In this document: positions 59,573 through 64,000 of the stretch, in pieces
Position numbering within the stretch: position 1 is the first letter of the stretch
Layout: each line of letters starts with the position of its first letter
Origin: a virus
DNA: 64,000 nt
Strand: one strand, 5' to 3'
IMG/VR virus record: IMGVR_UViG_3300017989_000071
Span: 1 to 64,000 of that record
The notes under the pieces: model-generated
What the model was told of the DNA's origin: nothing
The model's input: the letters and a program-made list of their open reading frames with translations, nothing else
Database searches by the model: none
Program-made: the position numbers and the translations under genes

Positions 59573-62500
59573 GCGGCCTCCGCTGTTTTCGGGTGCAGCC
59601 GAGGAGTGAAGCGGTACTCGTCGATGAACTCTACATTCTCCTCGAACTCGGGAATCTCGCACTCGACGATCAACTTCTCCTCGGTATGCAGATATGTAAA
59701 CTCGACATCGCAGGGCCAGCCCCGCATCACATCGAGCACCTTCTTCATATTTGACGACACGTCGTGCTCGCACTTCAGGCGCAAGCCACGGCGACCGTCG
59801 GACAGCAGCTCCGCATCAACCATCTCGCCCCACGAGGTTCCAACCTCGAAGTCGATCTCCAGCGGAACCGTCAAGTGCTCCTTGAACCGCTCGACCAAAT
59901 CGTCAACCATGCAGCGGGACGCCAGCTCGATGTAGTCAACCACCTCGGAGCCGGGGCAGTCCGCCTCGAACGAATCGTGAATGAAGCCCCAAATCACTGT
60001 CCACATATCCTCTCCCCGAACCGCATCGAAGAGCATCTGCAACGCCAGTGTCGCCCAATCGCTCGATCCCCCCTGAATTGGGGTATTCATTGCCTGACGC
60101 TCAGCCGACGACCGTTTGTATTGGTTCTTACTATAAATGTCCGGAAGCAGCCGACGCGACCCGAGGCTGGTCCACACCGCACCGTGCTCTTTCAGAATCG
60201 CGGACTGCTTGTCCCACAACTCCCTCAGCCCCGGAAACTCCCGGAAGATACCCTCTTGGAAAAGCTTGGCCTCTTCAAGAGTAATCCCGTACATGTCCGC
60301 GATCCCCGGTGGACCCGCCCCGTACATCGTCCCGAAATTGGCTGCCTTCGCACCGCGCCGCTCATCGCCCGTTACCGCCTCCAGAGCCTTCTTCAGAATC
60401 CGGGCCGCCGACGTGCGGTGAATGTCCAGACCGATCAGGAAGATTTCCATCATGTTCGCGTCGCCGGACAACCGGCAGCCGTCACGCAACTCCATCTGGC
60501 CGTAATCGACAACGACGAGCAGTCCGCCCTTGAAGCGGGTCTTGTAAACACTCTTCGCACCGCCGCGAAACGGGATCGTCTGGATCGGGGGGTCGTTCGC
60601 CGACCACCGCCCTGTACCTGTCGTCCGCACACCCCAATTCGCGTGAGCGCATCCGTCGTATCCGGTCAGGTCGGGAAGTGGCTTTAGGTAGCTCGAATAA
60701 TTCTTGCCGACCTTCTTCCACAGCAACAACTTCTCCAGCATCTCGGCGCAACGCTCGCAGAACTCCTTCACCTCGGGATCGTCGGACTTTTTCCCCCGGT
60801 CCCGAATCCAAACCTCCATCCGGGAAAGCACATCCTTCTCGGTGCTACCCTGCAACACCCGACCGTCGGGCTGGCGGAAATTTCTCCGGGTCAACGAATT
60901 TTTCGGGTCGGCGGTCTTGTCGGTAAAATGATTTCCCATATAAGGAAGACCGAGAACGCCGTGGATCAGGAAATTCAAACTGACCCACGACCCCAATCCG
61001 AGCTTGTAGTTGTACTGCTCCTCCACCGCTGCGTCGTAACCCTCATCCCGAAACCAATCCCGAATCTCGGTCAACTCCTCTACCGCCGCGTCCGCGACTT
61101 CCTTGTTTCGTTCAAGATCGACATACACCCCGGAAACGCGCATCCACAGCGCAAAGGTGTGGCTGTTCATCGTCAGCATCTCGAAAGGTTCGAGCAGATT
61201 CTCCTCCTCCAGCAGCTCCCGCTGAATCGGAACCAGACGTGCCGTAGAGATCGCATCGAAGCAGGCATACTCGACGAAGATTTCATACTCTACATCCTCG
61301 TAAGGATCAGCCCCCTTCGGCAGCTCCGCTTGCGCCTCGTGCATCCGCTCCTTCGGATGCAGCATACCCGCCCATCGCGTCGCCATGTAATCCAAATCGT
61401 GAGGCTCGGTGTCGTTCGTCAGGGACCAACCGGCCAGCATCGTATCGTGGAACAAACCGGGAGCTAGACCGCGCCCCCTCCACATCGGTATCCACACCTT
61501 CGTCCGGGCAACGAACGCCGTCTGATCGTACTGGAAATTCTGACCGGCGACAGGCACCGTCCGGAATAAACGGGTGAGGTGGTGGTCGATAGCTTGTCGG
61601 GATAGAGCATCGTTGGCGAACGGAGATAACTTATGCTGATACGGAATATAGAGCGGAACCGAGTCGGTATGCGCCTCGACTCCCCCGCCCGCCTTACCCC
61701 CGCAAACTGTCACGCACAGCATCTTCCACGTTGGGTGAAAGATTTCCAGACCTCCATCCTCGCCCTTACTCGTTGCCTCGATGTCCACCGCAACGAAGTC
61801 GATCTCGCCCTTGGCGTACCGCTCCAGATACGTGTCCACTGCCGCCTCGACCTTACCGAGCGTGTCTCCGTGGTTGATCCCCAGATCGGTCTTCTCCCCC
61901 GACACGCGGCGTCGAACCATCGCCAAGTCTTCGAGGATCATCTGCTCGTACTGCACATTCCCCCGGAGAACCGCCGAGGGATGAATCGTTGGAATGACCG
62001 TGTAGGAATGGGTGATCCCGTCGAGCTCGAACGTCAGGTCCATCTTCCGACCGTGAACCGTTGTAATCTTCTGCTTCGATCCGGTCAGCCCGTTCAACGA
62101 AACCCCGCCAACCGCAACGATCACTTCGGGATCGTGCTTAACGATCTCCCGCAACACGTAAGGCCGACACGCGCTGATCTCGCTCGGCGACGGCTTCGGG
62201 TTACTCCGCACACCCAGCGGGCAGCAGCGGACCACGTTCGAGAAGCGGACCCACTCCAGCGGTATCTCTGAATCCGCCAGATATTCCCGCAACTTCTTCC
62301 CCGCCGGGCCGACGAACGGCTCCCCTTCGCGGTCCTCTACCTGACCCGGAGCCTCCCCAATCAGCATGACCTTCGGCTTCTCCGCGCCCGATCCGTACAT
62401 CTTGATCGTCGTCGCCCCCTCGGACAACGAACACCGCTCGCACGGTCCGGGCGTCAGGTCCGGTATTTCGTCGCCGGAGCAGAAGGAGCACAAATAGGAC

Positions 62501-62661
62501 TCGTCGCGGACATCTCCGTCGAGAGGAAAAAGAAGCGGATGGGATTCGATGTAGGCCATGCAGTCCGCACAGCCGATATGGACCATCCCATCCTCGGGAA
62601 ACGGCAGGACGTTCTTTCGGCGGTCCTTCTTCGCTGCCTTCTTTTTCTTCGGTTTCGCCAT
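59569..62661 (-). CDS. polA: Family A DNA polymerase with N-terminal Zn finger and family-4 uracil-DNA glycosylase domain
   Basis: IGEAPG, PFVGPAG, NVVRCCP, HPS (UDG); DIE, NFQYD, YACFD (exonuclease); TGRWS, DYGQMELR, AKAANFGTMYG, HDS (polymerase). Confidence 0.95.
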   Translation of the reverse strand: MAKPKKKKAAKKDRRKNVLPFPEDGMVHIGCADCMAYIESHPLLFPLDGDVRDESYLCSFCSGDEIPDLTPGPCERCSLSEGATTIKMYGSGAEKPKVMLIGEAPGQVEDREGEPFVGPAGKKLREYLADSEIPLEWVRFSNVVRCCPLGVRSNPKPSPSEISACRPYVLREIVKHDPEVIVAVGGVSLNGLTGSKQKITTVHGRKMDLTFELDGITHSYTVIPTIHPSAVLRGNVQYEQMILEDLAMVRRRVSGEKTDLGINHGDTLGKVEAAVDTYLERYAKGEIDFVAVDIEATSKGEDGGLEIFHPTWKMLCVTVCGGKAGGGVEAHTDSVPLYIPYQHKLSPFANDALSRQAIDHHLTRLFRTVPVAGQNFQYDQTAFVARTKVWIPMWRGRGLAPGLFHDTMLAGWSLTNDTEPHDLDYMATRWAGMLHPKERMHEAQAELPKGADPYEDVEYEIFVEYACFDAISTARLVPIQRELLEEENLLEPFEMLTMNSHTFALWMRVSGVYVDLERNKEVADAAVEELTEIRDWFRDEGYDAAVEEQYNYKLGLGSWVSLNFLIHGVLGLPYMGNHFTDKTADPKNSLTRRNFRQPDGRVLQGSTEKDVLSRMEVWIRDRGKKSDDPEVKEFCERCAEMLEKLLLWKKVGKNYSSYLKPLPDLTGYDGCAHANWGVRTTGTGRWSANDPPIQTIPFRGGAKSVYKTRFKGGLLVVVDYGQMELRDGCRLSGDANMMEIFLIGLDIHRTSAARILKKALEAVTGDERRGAKAANFGTMYGAGPPGIADMYGITLEEAKLFQEGIFREFPGLRELWDKQSAILKEHGAVWTSLGSRRLLPDIYSKNQYKRSSAERQAMNTPIQGGSSDWATLALQMLFDAVRGEDMWTVIWGFIHDSFEADCPGSEVVDYIELASRCMVDDLVERFKEHLTVPLEIDFEVGTSWGEMVDAELLSDGRRGLRLKCEHDVSSNMKKVLDVMRGWPCDVEFTYLHTEEKLIVECEIPEFEENVEFIDEYRFTPRLHPKTAEAA

Positions 62662-63656
62662 TAGATCACCTGCCGTTGCATCAACTCAATCCCTGTTCGG
62701 AACGGATCGTAGTCAATCGCCTGATCGAGGTGCCGCTGCATCTCGGGTCCGAGGGATGAGGGGTCTTCGTTTTGGGGGAGAGTAACGAGACGGGCTTCGC
62801 GTTCGTGGGAGAAGAGAAACTGACAAATCTCGATGGATTGCTGCAACGCATCGGGATCGAGGGCCACAGAAAACTTAACATGTTTACCTAGTTGAAGAAG
62901 CATGTCGTACTGCTCCGCGCTGGCCCTGCTTCCGAGAATCGCCACCCCGTTCTTCCCGGTCGAGATCGCATCGAACACCCCTTCCGTTATCACCACGTGA
63001 TCGAACTTCGCCCGGCGCACCCGGTCGTAGTTGTAAACCCATCTCGATTTCCGGCTGTCGATTGGGAACTCGTACTTCCGATACTGACGAGGATTCCGGT
63101 TGACGAGATCGAGCATTTCGAGGGTGTAGGCCCGCGCCACCCAAATCCGCAGCTCGTCCTCCCCCAACACCCGCTCGTAGTCCGGGCAAACGATTCGGCC
63201 CCGGAGATCGCCCAGCCCGTCACCGAGGCCGTACCACTCCGCAATCTCCGGGGTCACCCCGCGCTTCGCGAGGTAGAATCGAATCTCCCCTTCCCAGCGA
63301 ATCGGTCGAATCATCTCCGGCTCCGGGCAGTACGCCGGTCCGCTCTCCTCCTCCTCCTCGGCGAGCTGGCCGAAACGCAGCGTCCGGATCGTCCGCGCCA
63401 TCGAGTCCTCCCAACCGACCAGTGAAGGCTTATCCGGGTCTACCCCGATCAGGAAATACAGATAAGTCAACGTCCCCGCCGCCTTACAGCGTTGACAGAT
63501 AAACATGCGCTTCCGGGTGTTGTAGTAGAGATGGTACTTCGTATCGGGCGACTTCTTCCCGTTCCGTAGACAGACCGGGCAGCAGAAACGAACTTCGTTT
63601 CTCGGGGCATTCAGCGGCGTCCCGAGACGACCAATTAGATTCGCCGGGACTACCAT
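62661..63656 (-). CDS. DNA primase (Zn finger plus TOPRIM)
   Basis: CPVC...CQRC, YLAKRG, ITEGVFDA and ALDPDA. Confidence 0.9.
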   Translation of the reverse strand: MVVPANLIGRLGTPLNAPRNEVRFCCPVCLRNGKKSPDTKYHLYYNTRKRMFICQRCKAAGTLTYLYFLIGVDPDKPSLVGWEDSMARTIRTLRFGQLAEEEEESGPAYCPEPEMIRPIRWEGEIRFYLAKRGVTPEIAEWYGLGDGLGDLRGRIVCPDYERVLGEDELRIWVARAYTLEMLDLVNRNPRQYRKYEFPIDSRKSRWVYNYDRVRRAKFDHVVITEGVFDAISTGKNGVAILGSRASAEQYDMLLQLGKHVKFSVALDPDALQQSIEICQFLFSHEREARLVTLPQNEDPSSLGPEMQRHLDQAIDYDPFRTGIELMQRQVI

Positions 63657-63763
63657 CGCTCACCTGTTTGTATCATGCAAGGTTCCGTGTCTTCCGTAAC
63701 ACAGGCGACCCACCGCCGAACGAGGAGTAAGTACGATGGGCCGCCCCACAAAAGGTAAGACCG

Positions 63764-63792
63764 ATAATACCTCGGTCGTTAGGGGTTGTCAA
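63764..63792 (-). promoter_or_regulatory. sigma70-type promoter for the primase-polymerase operon
   Basis: TTGACA (63792-63787), 17-nt spacer, TATTAT (63769-63764). Confidence 0.85.
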
Positions 63793-64000
63793 GCGAAATC
63801 TTCCTCCTTCTGAGAAATCGCCACGAAGCGGTTATCCCCGAGAATCCAGCCGATCCCTCCCTTAACGGTGGACCAGTCCAGCTCCCCAGCACCGCATCCG
63901 GGCCGGGGCAGCCAAACCTCGTCGTATTCCTCCCACACCCGGAGAACCTTCACCTTCTCGACGAGCTGTTTGGCACTACGGATAATCAGGTCCATATCGG
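63789..64000 (-). CDS. Macro-domain (ADP-ribose-processing) protein, C-terminal part only
   Basis: VWLPRPGCGAGELDW matches the macro-domain PxxGCGxGGLxW loop; true start lies off the window. Confidence 0.75.
   Translation of the reverse strand, partial: DMDLIIRSAKQLVEKVKVLRVWEEYDEVWLPRPGCGAGELDWSTVKGGIGWILGDNRFVAISQKEEDFA

Noticed and set aside
49102-63656. Inteins in terminase, Mre11-Rad50, polymerase or primase
   Set aside because: No C/S...HN splice junctions or LAGLIDADG blocks, and lengths are explained by the identified domains.
1-64000. Genome-wide stop-codon reassignment; prophage or host chromosome origin
   Set aside because: TAA, TGA and TAG all end genes at clean junctions and conserved proteins are unbroken. 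No integrase, att-like site or host housekeeping block is seen; the RuvA, HU and DinG genes are embedded among phage genes.

Overview
The window is a 64 kb fragment of a large, high-GC (about 60% by eye) tailed dsDNA phage with T4-like, contractile-tail affinities. Essentially every real gene is on the minus strand; the long plus-strand ORFs are antisense shadows. In transcription order (right to left) there are three blocks. (1) About 64-42 kb, replication/recombination/packaging: macro domain, primase, UDG-fused family A DNA polymerase, UvsY-like, gp32-like SSB, 5'-3' exonuclease, CsrA-like, single-chain Mre11-Rad50, RusA, sigma/Mor-like regulator, TerS, TerL, HU, SDR epimerase, DNA methyltransferase, DinG, RuvA. 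(2) About 42-23.6 kb, small accessory genes behind near-consensus sigma70 promoters. (3) About 23 kb to 1, late/virion genes: two paralogous tailspike-like proteins, a tail fibre and putative head-internal proteins. Two candidate new systems stand out. (A) The accessory block holds several intact ORFs that look like degenerate or scrambled pieces of core virion proteins: a major capsid/tail sheath chimera, a prohead protease without its catalytic residues, and tail-tube-, head-cement- and sheath/baseplate-module-like proteins. These could be decoys for host immune sensors or dominant-negative poisons of rival phage assembly. (B) A 1285-aa modular polyprotein is punctuated by about 14 [ILV]-x-E motifs of the T4 prohead-protease type, and is flanked by genes (including an ADP-ribosyltransferase-like one) sharing an 'AD-x-LI-x-x-V-x-x-G' leader. 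This could be a packaged, processed, injected effector cassette. All family assignments come from motifs recognised by eye and from memory, with no database search. Start sites differ from the ORF track where an RBS or gene overlap supported a different start. No CRISPR array, rRNA, canonical tRNA, integrase or intein was seen.
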